NCBI GenBank assembly: GCA_016748015.1
Contig: JAAOMT010000305.1
Span: forward strand, 1-64,000
Direction: 5' to 3'
Source of the DNA: Geosiphon pyriformis uo1
Lineage: Eukaryota; Fungi; Glomeromycota
Length of the DNA: 64,000 nucleotides
Every line of letters begins with the position of its first letter. Within the stretch, counting starts at the first letter, position 1. Below are positions 1 to 14,174 of the stretch, one piece after another. The notes under the pieces were generated by a model. That model was not told the origin of the DNA, made no database searches, and saw only the letters and a list, made by a program, of their open reading frames with translations. The position numbers and the translations under genes were made by a program.

Positions 1-49
1 AAAAGTACTTATATGTATTAAAACTTTATTGATTTTAAGATTAAGAATA

Positions 50-1620
50 CTGCTTAATACAAAATTACCTTAAACAAACTGTTTAAACACAATAACTAAT
101 ATATTAATAGGCTTAACAATTAAATTAACCAAAGTTGACAACTTAACCAAATCGAATTCCAGAAATACCAGCTGAAAAAAAATTAAAAAGTTACTAACAA
201 TTACAGAAAAAAATATCAGAAATTACCAAAAGAGAAAATTCAAAAGAATTTGAAAAAACAAATGTCTTAATATAAAAAATATTATTCATAAATTATAATT
301 TAAATACTTTGAAAGTCTTAAAAAAAAGAAATAAAAAATTTTTACAGTTTATAACCAGATAGTTCATATCTTAATATCTTAAACAATATTAACAATTAAA
401 AGTTTTTAATCAAATATAATGCTTTTTTTGTGTATAATTTTGAGAATTACAGCATTTAAGTCAACTTGAAATTCAAATATAACCAAAGTAAACTGAAAAT
501 AACAATCAGAATTAGAAAAATAAAAAATAAAATATGTCTAACTACTAATCAAAGAAATCATATTACTAATTTTAAAAGAAAGTTTAATCAATTTGGTCTT
601 GACCTTATTATAAAACAAAATTATTTTATTTTGATTTACTAAGAAAAAGATTCTAATACTATCTTTACTTATTAAAATTGACCAATAATTTAAGGCAAAC
701 ATAACAGAATTTAATTTATTGTCAAATACTAACACAATATAAGTAACTTTACCAAACATACTAAGAACTGTCTTAATATCAATAACAGATATATCCAAAG
801 ACATATTATGCAATATAACAACAGCAGAAAAAAAATTAAACTCAGAAATTACCAAAAACTTGGCAATTTTAAAAATAGTCAAACAAACAAAGCTTATAAG
901 TTTAACCAGAAAAGCAATTTTCAAAGATTTTTAAAAAACAAATTCTATACAAAAAAACTTTAAATTATTTTTTAATACTAATTTTACATCCAAAAAACCA
1001 TGTACAGACTGAAAAACAACTTTAATATAAACTAATTTAATCTTAAAAATAGCACTAAAGTAGAGATTATTCATTTAACAAACTTTTAATAACTAATAAT
1101 AATTTTTTAAACACTATTAATAGCAATACCAAAAACCAGTAAAGAAGATAATTTAATTTTTATTTAGTCAGTTCAGTTCTTAAAAACAAGTAACTGTACA
1201 GAAAATAATTTCCTTTATTTTTAAAACTGATAAATATTTATTAAAAATCATTATATTAAGCAATACAACCAGTAATTAATTTTAGTTTATCTTAAATGAC
1301 ATATTAAATAATACAACAGAGATTTTATTGAAGATCTCTTTAAAATTACAAAAAAATTTGGTATAATAATAGCAAAAATAAACAATTGCTTCCACTTTTT
1401 TGAATTTTTGGTTTTTTTGATTATTTTTTGAAGAGGTAATATTAATAGCATCAGATATAAAAATTATAAAAAAATTAGCTTGTTAATTGGTTTGTTATTA
1501 AAAATCTTAAACTTTTAATAGAGACAGAAACAATATTAGAATTAATTTAAGTATGTATTTTTAAAAAAACTTTAATTGAAAAAAAACCAGCCAAAAATAA
1601 AAAAAATGCTTTAGTAATTA
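50..1620 (-). pseudogene. Highly decayed LINE ORF1 (gag/RRM-like) relic, related to but divergent from the LINE at 4904
   Basis: ORF 538..924 (VILHNMSLDISVIDIKTVLSMFGKV...WSILISKDSIRI) parallels ORF1 of the 4.9-kb LINE (IVIKEILMDMPKDMIVTAVAKFGEI...WLFLIGKDSVHV). Ends approximate. Confidence 0.6.
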
Positions 1621-3779
1621 TTAAAAACAGTTTTTCATTATTAATATTTAAAGAAAAAACTTTTAAGATATTCTGTTTAATAGTTTTTAAAATAAAAAAT
1701 ATTTTTTTGATTAAAACTTTATTAAGTATCTTGAAAAAAATAACAAATATAGCTTTTTTACTTTTTGTTCTTATAAAATTAAAAAAACAAAGAGTATTTT
1801 TTTATAATATTTGTATTAATTTACTTCCAAATACTTCCAACAAATAATATTAATTCTTAATAATATATTTATTTTCTTTATTTATAAAACTTAAATTATT
1901 AATTATTATATAGATTTAATATTAAATAGTAATTCTATAATTAGTATTATAACTAAGTAATTTTTAAATGTAATTAAAAAATAAAATTAATAAATTATTA
2001 ACTTGATCTGTTTATAAAAACAAAAAAAAAATTAGAAATTGTTAAAATTATCTCTATTTAATTCAATAAAGTTTATATTAAAACAAATATAAAAATATTA
2101 AAAACAAAAAATTATATTATAATTGTTTAAAATAAATAATTGAAAAAGACAAAATTTTTTCTTAATTATAAACTGTATAAATTTATAAATTAAAATAAAC
2201 TTTAATTAATTATAGTTAAATATTATTATTGAACTGTTTTTTTTGTTGTAATTTAATAATAACAATAAAACAATAATAACTTTAATAATTTTGAAAACTT
2301 TAAAAATAAAAAAAAATAAAAAAACCAAATTAGCTTTTACTATTTTTAGTAATAATAGTAATTCTTTAAACAATATATAAATTAACTGTAAAGAATTATT
2401 TATTAATAAAAATTTATTTATTAATTATATTATAATATGTTCAAAAAAAATATTTCGACAACAATTTAAAAAAAAAACAAAATAAAATTATTAATAACAG
2501 AATTTATGTATTTAATGATAATATAATTAATTTTTCATTTTTTAAGTAATAAATATAAGTTCTATTTATTTTTTTTTAATAATTAGAAACTGATTAATTT
2601 GATTTTTAATAAAAAAATTAAAGTATTACAAAAATTATTTGAAAAAAAACTATTTAAAATTTAAATCTTAATAATTAAACAAAAAAAAACTTGGTAAAAA
2701 TGATCAAAAAATTGATATTAAAAATCTATTAACAAGAAATAAAGCAATAATATTAAAAAAAATAGAATATTTTAGCCAAATAAATCTTATTTAATATATA
2801 ATCAAAATCAAAAATATCTAACTAATTTATTTAAAACTCTATTAATCAAATTAAAAAAATAATAAATTTATCAAAAAAAAATAGGCTAAATAGAAAAACT
2901 TGAATTTATATAAAAAACCAAAAAACAAATAAGTATTTTTTATTGTAATTATATTTAAGAAAAATAAATCTCTATAATTTTGTATAAATTATTGACAATT
3001 AAATATACATATTAAACAAAATATGTATTTTTTTTAAGATTAATAATGCTTTTAATTAATTTAGAAACTTAATATATTTTATAACAAGTAAAAATAAATT
3101 TTATCTGTAGAAAAAATTTTATATTCATTATAAAATATAAAACTTAAAAGTTTACAGTAATATTTTTTAAATTAATAAATACTTTATTTATATTTCAAAA
3201 ATTAATAATTAAAGTATTTAAATAAAAACATTAAAAATTTGTTACTAAACAAAACTAAATAGAAAATTGAAATCTGTTTTTTCTTATATATATTGGCTAA
3301 TTAAATCTAATTATAAAAAGTAACAAGCTTTTTATTATAACTATTTATATTTTCACTATTTGTATTATACCAAAAACATAACTAAACTGTTTATATTAAG
3401 TATAACAAGCCAATTTAGTGCAGATTCACACTTTTAAAAACTGAAACAGAACTAATAACAAATTTTTTAACAGTTTTATTATTAAAACAAATAATAATAC
3501 ACTTATTATGTCTATATATTTTCAAATTATAGTTAATAAAACAAATTTTTTTATTATAATATATTAACAGATTAGAAAAATTATAAACATTAATATTAAC
3601 AGACCCTTTATCATATATAATATATATATATATATAGGTATAAATCAAATTTGATAATAATATTATACTAATAATAAAAATTTTTTTGTACTATATTTCT
3701 AATTTTTTTCTATTTTTTATCATTAAAAATTATTTTTTTCTATGAATCAAATATGCAAAAATTGACAAAAATTTTTAAT

Positions 3780-3988
3780 TATTATTATTATTCTTATTTC
3801 TATTTTTATTTTAATTTTTATCTGTATTTTTATTCTTATTTCAATAATTGTTTTTATTTTTATTTTTATTTTTATTTTTATCTTAATTTTTATCTGTATT
3901 CCTATTTCTATTTTTATTTTTAACCCTAATTCTATCTCTATTTTTATTTTTAATCTTATTGCTATCTTTAATTTTAATTTTATTTTTA

Positions 3989-4019
<31 letters not shown>

Positions 4020-4140
4020 TTATTTTTATTTTTATATTTATTTCAATTTTTATTTTTATTTTATTTTTATCTTAATCTTTGTTTTTATTTTTTTATTTTT
4101 ATTTTTAATCTTATTTTTAATTTTTATCCATAATCTTATG
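3780..4140. repeat. Degenerate hexamer tandem repeat (ATTTTT)n
   Basis: About 360 bp of 6-bp periodicity with residual C-containing units (atctct, atctgt, attcct, aaccct). Confidence 0.8.
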
Positions 4141-5002
4141 TTTACTTAAATATTTATAAAAATTTTTTAAACAGTTTTATTTAAAACAATAAGTCTTATA
4201 TTAATTAAAACTTTTTTTTATTAATATAACATAAAAATTATAAATACTTAAGCTTTTTTAAAATTAAAAAACAAACTTATAAATTAAACAAAAATTTAAC
4301 AGATTTAAAAACATATTTAAAACAGAATAATTATAATGTTTTTATAAGTTATTAATAATATTAAATAAATTTTTATCTTTTTTACTAAATAAAATCTTAA
4401 TTAAATTTAATATTTTATTATATATAATAATATATATAATATTAAAAAATATAATTATTAATTAGTATTAAAATATTTAACAATTTTCAAAACTTTATAA
4501 TTTATTACTACTTTAACAAAATTCAAAAAAACATATACATAATTAATTATTTTTTTATACCTTTAAAATTTTTTTATGTTAAGACTTTAACAATTAAGCT
4601 TTTTATTAAAGAATTAATTTGCACTAAATTAAACTATTTTTTAAAACTAATATACTTATAAAAACTATTTTCATAAAAATTATTATTTAAAACTATAAAA
4701 AAAGATTAATTTATAGTTTTTGTAATTAAAAAGTTAATTTTTACAATCTAAAATAAGCATATTATTAAAACAATATTAGCATATAGTCTCAAAATTAAAA
4801 CAAAAAACTTATTTTTTAAAAAAATTTAACAAACAAAAATTAATTAACAATTTCAAAAATTTTATATATATATTTAATTAATATGTTATTCATAATAATT
4901 ATACCTCCAAAAATTCTCAAAAAGCACATTTTCTGAAAAAAAAGTTTTTTGTTTTTTTGTTAGTTTTTTTTCAATATTTTCTTAAACAATAACCTTTTTG
5001 TC

Positions 5003-6863
5003 ATGGATTTGAAGACTGTTTCGGATGGTGATATGTCAAAAAAGAAGGCATCCAAAGGTGTTTTTTATGGTCTTGTTGGTGGTTCTTGGCAATGTTAAAC
5101 ACTCTGGTAATGAGAGAGATATCTTTTTAAATAAATCTGAGTCTGATAATAGTGTGTACTCTAATGTGGATAGTCTGTTTGGTAATTATGAGGATGTTGG
5201 CATGACAGGCGTATATAAAGAGTCTCTTCTGGGTTCAGCTGCAATCACTTTCAAGGCAAAATGTGTTGATACTGGCACAATGTTTGGTTTTCTATTTGGC
5301 TCTCCTGACTTCACTATGAATGATGATTAAATTGTGCTTCCCCTTCGCGTACCTATCTCTCTAGAAAAAAAGTGGATTGATCCTAAAATTGTTAAAACTC
5401 AGATTGAAGTGTCTGTGAAAAAATCTTTTGCTATAGACATTAATCTCTCAGCTGTAGAAAACAAATCAGCTACAGCCAAAACTTAAGTCATCAGAAAATT
5501 GTTTTCAAAAATCAATGGTTTTGGGGGGGCCACTACCCCCTTAAAATTTGAAGAGATCATCAGATCAACATTTACTTCATTAGAGAGCATGGAAAAGGCC
5601 ATATTATTGGCTAGAGAAAATAACATCATAGTAAACAGCAATCTTAAGAGACAAGGAATTCGCTTAGATCGGGCTATAGTAATCAAAGAAATTCTCATGG
5701 ACATGCCAAAAGATATGATCGTCACTGCAGTTGCCAAATTTGGGGAAATTAAGTCGATCAGAGTGCAACTAATTGGGTTATGACAGAAGGCTGTGGTGGA
5801 GTTCACCGAATCAAGTCAGGCTGATATGTTGGCTTTGAAATGGTTGTTCTTAATTGGGAAAGATTCTGTGCATGTGGCAAAAACCATGAGAGATCATGAT
5901 ATTTGGGCTTTTAGGGATTTTTTTAGGGCACTTTTGTTTACTTTGCTGGTGGGAACAACTGCACATGATCTTAGTAATCTTTTGGATAATACTAGTGACA
6001 AAACTTGCATTATTAATTGTTCATTGGACATTGGTAATAGAGTTCATTGTGCTGTGGTTGGCTTCAAATCCAAAAATGATCTAAATTCTGCTTTTCTCAC
6101 TAAGCCTGTTTTTGGTAGTGTTTGTCTCTCATGGACTAGGTTGGATTTGGTTCAGTGTAGAAAGTGTGGGCATTTTGGTCATTCGACTTTAGAGTGTGAT
6201 GTGTTAGATATGTTGCCTTCTGATCTCTTAAGTTCATTTAATAAAAAACATGCTCCTAGTATGGATCATCTTCAGTTGGCCAAATTATATGCAAAGAAAA
6301 ATGTTCCTATCTCTCGCCCTGCTGCCTTTGGTAGCAAATCATGGGCTTAGGTAGTTTCTCTTGCTTCCTCTTCTGGTGGCTCTCCTTCTGGTTCTGATCT
6401 TGGTGTTGGCTTCTCTCCCCCTGAGTCTTTGGGTTTAGGTGGCAGTTCTCCCTTTTCTACAATTAATGATTCTTCTTTAAATGCTTGTTTGGCATTTTTG
6501 GAATGCTCTTTCGAGCTGTTGGCTGAACAGGTTTCTGGTATTATAAGGAAATTGAGTTTTGTTGAGTTGGTGCCCATGGTTTTATCTGCTGATGCTCCTC
6601 TTTTGGTTGGCTTTGTGCCTTTGGTCTCTGTTTTGGATTCTGATATGGCTCTAGACGGTGAGTTGGCATCGTCCACTCCTCATCTTCCGAGTGCTAATTT
6701 GGGTGCTGGCTTCAGTTCAAGTAGTTTGAAGGTTCTAACTACCAAGATGGGTGGTTTGGAGTCTAAAATATCAGCTCTGGAGACTTCTGTCAATTTTGTT
6801 TTGGCTAAGTTAGATCTTTTGTGTTCTGGTTCGGGTTCTCTCTTACCTTTTTTTTCTCAATAA
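5003..6863 (+). pseudogene. LINE ORF1 (nucleic-acid chaperone: RRM-like region, CCHC zinc knuckle, C-terminal coiled coil), with stops/frameshifts
   Basis: ATG at 5003 (MDLKTVSDGDMSKKK); fragments 5025-5330, 5499-5783, 5793-6350 with CRKCGHFGHSTLEC, and 6429-6863 with a heptad-like tail. Confidence 0.85.
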
Positions 6864-9800
6864 GTGCTTTAATATGGAAAATTGCAATGTGTAATGTCCG
6901 AGGTATCAATGTTCCTGCGAAGCAGGTGGATGTTCTTCGTTGGCACGTGGAATCTGGGTTGACAGTGTTTTTTGTTACTGAGACAAAATTAAGGTCTTCT
7001 ATTGGTCTTTGGATTAAGGATAAATTTGATGGTGTTCGAATTTTTACTTCTGGTTTGGATGTTGATTTTTTTGGTGCTGGTGTTGCCATTATCATGAACA
7101 ATTCTTTGGCTCGTCATGTTTCTAAGGTTGAGGAAGTTTCTGGCTGGATTATTGCTGTGCGGCTTTTGTTTAAGAATAAACTTTCGGTTTCTGTTATTGG
7201 TTTGTATACTGGTGCCTCTTCTGGTGTTTGTTTTGGTCAGGCTTCTGAGGTAAATTCTCTTATTGCTAAGGCTATTAACTCCAGTATCTTTGTTGTTCTT
7301 AGTGGTGACTTCAATGAAAATGAATTAAAGAGAAGTGCAAGTTTCAAATTCTGCTTGGGTTTGGATTTGGTCAATTCATTTGTTGGCCAACCTTTGATTG
7401 GGGCTTCTATATGGAGTAATTCTAGGGGGGTCGAGAAGACCATTAATTTCATCTTTGTTAGTGAGAATTTGGTTTCTGCTGTTGCTGGCCATAGAGTTGG
7501 CTCTGTTTCAGACTTTTTTGACACTGATTACAATGCTGTTATGGTTTCTATTGGTTTGGGTGGACTCTTAGATGTCCATTTAAATAGCTTGCACAAGCAG
7601 GCTAGCAAAGATTATTGGAAGTTTAATATCAAGAATGCTAATGATGCTGAATGGTCTCATTTTAGGAGCTGTTTCTCTGCCATGATTTTGGGTGTAATAG
7701 ATGAATTTCATGTTATTGCTGTAGAGCTAAATTTGGATATTATGTGGTTGTTGTTGGAAAAGATATTGGTAAATTCTATGGATAAAACATTTTTTTGGTG
7801 TTGGTTTAATGAGTTTTGGTGTTCAAAAAACAAACATTCCTCTAAGTTTCTGGGCTTGGAGTTGCTAATTGTCAAAATTGTCAAAAAGTTTGGCTTGGCT
7901 AATACCTCTAATTTTGATCGCTTTGTGTAGAAATGGTCTACATTAGATGCTGATAAGGCTTTTGTTTTGGTGGATATGGTTCAGTCTGGTCGGAGGGAGG
8001 TCAACATTCTTAAGTTTTTATCAATCATCAAGAGAGGGTACAGGAAATCCAAAATGTATGAATCGAATTTGTTACAGGAGGCCTCTATCAGGGATGCTAT
8101 TGAAAAGTGCATGAAAAAATTTTGTTCTGACAAAGATAGCATAATTAGAAATGTTTTAGATCAGCCCTTTCGGAAGGTTGTTCTGGATCATTTGGTTGTT
8201 GATGATGAGCTTGTTTTGGAGCCAAAGGAAGTAAAATTAAAGGTTGATAAAATTATGGAGGGTTGGACAAGAAGGTGGGTGGTGCTTTTAGTACTGCCAA
8301 ATCTTTAGACCCATCAGTATACTCCTTTGGCTTATGTTAAGGATGATACTTTTTCTGGTGTTATGAGTGCAGTCAGTTTGAATGAGTTGCTTTTGGTTGT
8401 TGGTGGTTTGCTTGATGGTAAAGCTGCTGGCTTATCCAGCATCCTTAATGAACTTTAGAAACATAGTGGTGAGAAGGTAATGGAGTGTCTCTTGGTGTTG
8501 TTAAATGCATGTCTATCTGTTGGTTCTGTGCCTGTTTTGTAGAAGAAAGCCTGGGTCTCAATAATACTAAAACCTTATAATTGGGATGGAATTTTAACAA
8601 ATACTTATTCTATTGCTCTGATTGAAACAGCCAAGAAAATTCTCTCCAAAATTCTCTCAGACAGGATTTCCTTTGCATACAGCAAGTTCGATGTTCTCCA
8701 TGGTGACAATTTTTCAGTGCTGAAGGGTACTTCTACTCAATCTCCTGTGTTTGCTGTTAGATTAGTGGTCAAAAATGCTCTTAAGAAGAATAGGGAACTT
8801 TGGTTGGTTTTACAGAATATGTGTAAGGCATATGATTCTGTTGGTTGGCATCACTTAAGAGCTAGCCTGCATCATATCAAAATGTGTGAAAGATTTATTG
8901 GCTTTTTTGGTGGTATCTATATGGATAGGGTTAATAGAGTGATGACTGATTTTGGTTTTTCAGGTGGTTATAAGATCCATGATGGCCTTAATCAGGGTAA
9001 AGTCTTTTCATCTCTTCTTTGGAAGATCTTTTATGATCCATTTTTGTGTAAAATTAAAAGGCATAAGCATTTGTGTGGATATCACGTTGATACTAAGGTT
9101 ATGGCAAAAACTGGCAGGATTGAGAATAGTGGTGGGATGATTTCCTTCTTTGCAGCTAGCACTTTTGTGGATAATATGATTTGGATTGGAGATTGCCAGA
9201 CTTCCATGCAGTATGCTTTGAACATTGTTAGTAAGTTCTTTTTTATCAACAATATTTCTATAAACAATGAGAAGACGGTAGTTATACCAATTAATCAGGG
9301 TGTCAAGGTTGCTTCTTTAAATATAAGTGGTCAGCCGATTTCTATTGTGAAGAAGGGTAAGGCTCACAGATATTTGGGGATTTTTTTGTCAACTGAAGGG
9401 TTGTCCAAACCCAGTTTGGCCAAGGCTCATTCAGATGTTCAGTTTTTCATCAATGTGGTGCTCAGAAAAGTGATCATGGATAAGCAGTTTTCTTATTTGG
9501 TCTTGGCTGTCTTACAGCCCATTGTTAGTTATCGAACACAGTTTAGTTTTGTTTTGTCTGATGTGTGTCACAAGTGAGATGTTTTGGTCAGAAAGAGCCT
9601 CAAATCTAAAGTGCATCTGCCTCATAATTTTTTTGATTCTGCTCTGCATCATCCTTCACTGTATGGTCTGAAGTCTTTTGAACAGGTGCAGTCTGAAGAG
9701 AAGGTGGCTTCTTTGATCTCTTTCGCTAATGCCTCTGACATTCTTGGCTGCTTGTTTGAGCATAGATTTCTGGACTTGCAGGTTCTGGGTTGGGCTTCTT

Positions 9801-11551
9801 TGAATTCTTTTCAATTTCCTGTCAAGTTGCATGTTAGTCCATTGAACAATTTTTTGGCAGGTGTTATGAAGATTCTTTTGGATAATAATCTCTTTTTGGT
9901 AAACAACATTCCTAGTGCTTTTCATCATTCTGGCCATTTTCCGATGTCTTTGATTCTTGGGGAGTCTCTTTACTTTAGTTCTGCTCAGTCTCTTAAATGC
10001 TTTGGTATTGCTTTTGGTAATCAGCTTTTTGATAAAAAGAGAGAGTTGTTAGATTGGAAAACTTTTTGTCACTGGAAATGTTTGGATCCACAGAGCCCTG
10101 TGCCTTATTGGTTTGCAGTTACTTTTAAGTTTTTTTTGGATCAGGATTTGTTCTTCCCGAGCTTTACTGGTGCTGTCCATTCTGGTGGTTTAAGTATTAT
10201 GAGCTCTGATGTGTTTTCTTCTGTATGGGATAGTTTACATGAAATTTGGTCTGGCTGTTTTAAGGTGTATACGGATAGGTCTTTAAGGGGTGCTGGATTT
10301 GCTAATGTATCGAGTGGTGCTACTGTGTACTTCCCAGCTTTAGATTTGAGTGTTGGTGTCAAGATTTTTGGCCTTTTATCTTCTACTATGGCTGAGTTGC
10401 AGGCTGTTGCTCTGGTTTTAGAGTGTGTTCCATCATCTTGTTCTGTGGTTTTGTATTTCGACAGCCAAGCTGCAATTGATGCTTGTGTTTCTGAGTTATT
10501 GTTTCTTGTTCCGGACTTTCGTAATTTCTGCTGGATTGAAAGGAGACATATTTTTAACTTGATTATGGATAAGGATCTCAGTGTGAGTTGGGTCAAAGTC
10601 AAAGGTCATGCCGGTGTTCTTGGCAACATGAAAGCTGATAAGTCTGCAGATGGAGCTGCTAGCTCTTTCTACATTTTGCCAATAAGGGTACGGGAGTGTT
10701 GTTTGATGGTTGAGAACACTGTGATATCAGGCAACACCTGCCACTTTGTTAGGGATGTGTTTAGATCTGTTTGTCATGCTCGTTGAGAGGCTGGTCCAGG
10801 CTGGAATGTGGTCTCAGTTGACATGCTGGGGAATTTTGATTGGGTTGCTTTGGCAAAGGTCTGGCATCCTGACTCACATATGCTTGCTGAATTTACTAGC
10901 TGGAAATCGGCTGATCTTCAAACATATTTAATAAAGACTATACACAAATGATTGCTGGTGGCTGTTAAAAAAAGGTTTTATAATAAATATTACCCAGGTG
11001 TTCAGTATTTGTTGTGTGAGGAGGTGGAACTGCTGGACCATGTTTTTACTTGTTCACAGAATGTTCACACCTGAATGGAAATTTTGCTGGAGGCTTCTGC
11101 ACGCTGGGCATCTTTGGTTGGCAATTGTGATCCGTTTTTCTCTTCTGTTCTTAAAGTTTTTAATTCTTGTCACTTGGATGTTGGCAGGTATTCGGTTTTA
11201 TGTAAGGGTTTTGTGATGAAGAGTTGGGTTGTTGAGGCAGCAGGTGTTTTTGAGGATGCTGGAAAAGCCTCTAAAGTGGTAATTGAGTTTGTGAGGTTTT
11301 TGGTTGAGCTGCATTGATCCAGGATCTGGTTGATTAGATCTAAATTCAGAGCAGACATGGAGAAAGCTGGCTTGGTTGGTGATAATTGTTTGGTTTCAGG
11401 TTTGTCATATAGGGTGTGTTCTGTGCTTTCAGATAGTGTGGTGAGGATGCTTGGCATTGCTAAGTCTTTTGCTGTCAGTTTTGGCTGTCACAGGCCTTGT
11501 CTTTTTTTTTCGGGTCTAGATAGTTGTCCTTGTGTTTATATAGGTGTGTAG
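6821..11551 (+). pseudogene. LINE ORF2: AP endonuclease, reverse transcriptase, RNase H, C-terminal Cys/His finger
   Basis: APE motifs CNVRG, TETK, SGDFNE and TDY (TDH-like); RT motifs QNMCKAYDSV, GLNQG, FVDN (9164-9175) and YLG; RNase H motifs VYTD, AELQA, DSQ, WVKVKGH and GN..AD (~10265-10660); degenerate CxxC...HxxxC at ~11005-11053. Mostly in-frame stops. Confidence 0.93.
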
Positions 11552-12784
11552 TGTTGCCTAGTCTGGTCTGAGTGGCTAGTTGTATGTAGTCATTACATGA
11601 ATCGCATTTAGTTTGAGCCACTTAGTTTGGCTCTATGTACTAGATAGTGGTTGGGCTTCACTCGTTAAATGCTAATAAAAAAAAAATTAAAATTAAAACA
11701 ATAATATATATTTCAAAAAACATTAACAATATAATTTAATAATTAGTTAAAAACTTATAATAATTAAATTTAAATTTAGAAATTGCAATTAATAATTTTA
11801 AAGTAACATATATAAAAAAATAATAAAAAGCTTAAAAATTAAAAAAAAACATAATTTTGAATTATATATTACTTTTTTTAAATTTAATAGCAAGTTTATT
11901 AACAAAATTATCAAAAAAATAAAAATAATATTAAATAATACATTAATAATAAAAAAAATAAAAATAATAAAAATAATATTAAATATATTTAAAAACTTAA
12001 AAACAAAATTTTTAATCAATTATTATTATTAACTTAAAAAAAACTTAAATATACAAATATTCTACTTAAAAAAACTTATTAAAGTATTTAATAAAACAAT
12101 AATACACTAATTAAAAAGGTTTATCAAAAAAACTAGCAATATACTTTATTTAAAAGCAGTTTATAAAATCATTAAAACATTTAAAAACTGTTATAAAGTA
12201 TTATTAAACCCAATTATAAACATAATAATTATTAGTAATATTAAATAATTTATTAATTTATAGTTTTAAAAATCGTAATAACAAGTTAATAATACAGTAT
12301 TAAATTATTGTAATAATATAAATTTAATAAAAAAATTAATTTTAATTTTAATAAAGCTTAATTTTAAAAAAAAATTATTATAATTCAAAAATTTAGTAAA
12401 AATTATAAAATAATATAATTATTTAATTATAATACAGTAAAATAATAATTTTAGAAAAATAATAATTAATATAATAACAATTACCAAATAATATTAACAG
12501 CAAATACAATTTTATAATAATAATAAATACTGTAATATAATAATAACAAATATTATATTGAAATATTAAAAAAAATATTATAATATTTTTTTTATAAAAC
12601 TATAAATATATATATATATAATAGTTTTAATTTTAAAAAAATAACAATAATTTTTTATTAAAAATATTTTAGTATTTATATTTAATTATTTTTTAATTTT
12701 TATTTTAAAAAAACTTTTAATCAAAAAAAATAAGAAATAATATTAAATACTAAATTAATACAATAAAAAGTAATAGAAAACTTA

Positions 12785-14174
12785 TTTTTTTTTTTATTTT
12801 TTTTATAAGTGCAGCCCAACTACTATCTAAGTACATAAAATCAAACAAGACTTTAAATTAAGCATGGCTTATGTCTTTTCTATATATAACTAACCACTTG
12901 GGTCAATTAAAACAACACTATACACCCAAACTCTTTGTTATTGAAAAATTACACAAGAAACCAAAATATATATTTGATAGTCCAGAATGTAAATCAAAAC
13001 AAATATGAATGTCTAACTTAATATTAAAATTATGAATTATTTTACAAGATCAAAAAAATACCAAACCAGAAATAACTAAAATTGCTGATTTATCACTTGG
13101 CAAGAGACCAAGTTTCTCATAATGTACTCTTAACTTAGCAGTTGGCAACCATATAACAAATCTATGTCCTTTAGCAAAACTGTGGACCAGATTGATAATC
13201 ATCAAACTTCTATTAAAACCAGAATTCAAAAAACTCATTATGTTGGCCATCCACTTTTTCATCACAAAATCTTTGGCCAAAGCCATGTACAAACAACCAG
13301 AAAATTCAGCTTTACATAAAAATCAAATTACTGCACAGCCAGCACTCTTAATATCCAACAAACCAGCTTACTTCTTAATAATATCAGAAATCAACTCCTC
13401 TCTGACAATACTGTCTTGTATACACAAAAATGTGTAATCAGAGTTCTTAATTAAATCACACTGAATGCACAAAATGTTAAGATAATTTACTTTGTACAAC
13501 CTTTTTCTCTTGGCCATAGGCAGCTAATAGTGTAAAGTTTTCATAAAGTAAAATTTCAAGATTGCAGAAGCAAAGCTGGAGAAGCCAGAGTAAATTTCAT
13601 CATCAGGGTGCCAAACACTAAAAGTTCAATGTATATCAAATAATTTATTAAGATTCACATCTATAGCAATACTTGTATACTTTAATTTCTAGCCAATAAA
13701 GCTAATGGCTTTGAACAGATATTTCACAAAATGACAAGCATTTCTAAAAACTGGTCTGTTCTTAATAGCAATAAAGCAATGTGACACACCAATAGGCAGC
13801 ATAAACCTAAACATTATGGCAGTATTGGCAAAAAAATTAGCATGTTCATTGTTAATAACTCCTAAATATTCTTTAATCTTATTCCAGCTAATCAATAAAT
13901 TTTTAGAAGTGATAATATTACAAATGTATGTTTTCTCAATTCAATATTTTTCACAAAAGTTGGGACCAATAAAATAACTATCTGTAGTATACATATTCAA
14001 AAAAACCTGACTATTTGTAAACAGCACTACTGAACTTAAAGTTAGAATGCATTCTAAAGCAAAAACAATAGTCTGTAGTTCTATAAGAGTTAAAAAAAGC
14101 AGATCATAAACCCTAATATTAATACTCAAATCAATATTCAAGAAATAAACAACAGCATTATCACAAACACTCAT
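12785..14174 (-). mobile_element. 5'-truncated LINE copy (RNase H, zinc finger, 3' UTR, poly-A) with target-site duplication
   Basis: Poly-T from 12785; 3' UTR homologous to 11550-11670; RNase H fragments (ELQTI..ALEC..TNSQ; WNKIKE..NEHAN). GAAAACTTA(TTT) is present at both 12776 and 14175. Confidence 0.9.

Larger units (their letters stand above)
4904..11686 (+). mobile_element. Near-full-length non-LTR retrotransposon (LINE; ORF1 + APE-RT-RNase H-CCHC ORF2), inactivated
   Basis: 5' UTR matches the minus-strand copy at ~30280-30385; ORF1 and ORF2 domains are in order; the 3' UTR ends in AATAAA overlapping an A-tail (11674-11686). Confidence 0.95.

Noticed and set aside
4791-4803. TSD for the full-length LINE (aaaattaaaacaa, also at ~11689)
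   Set aside because: About 100 bp from the inferred 5' end and low complexity; likely chance.
5003-11551. Alternative genetic code or stop readthrough explaining the in-frame stops
   Set aside because: All three stop types occur, at different positions in different copies, alongside catalytic-residue loss; this fits mutation.
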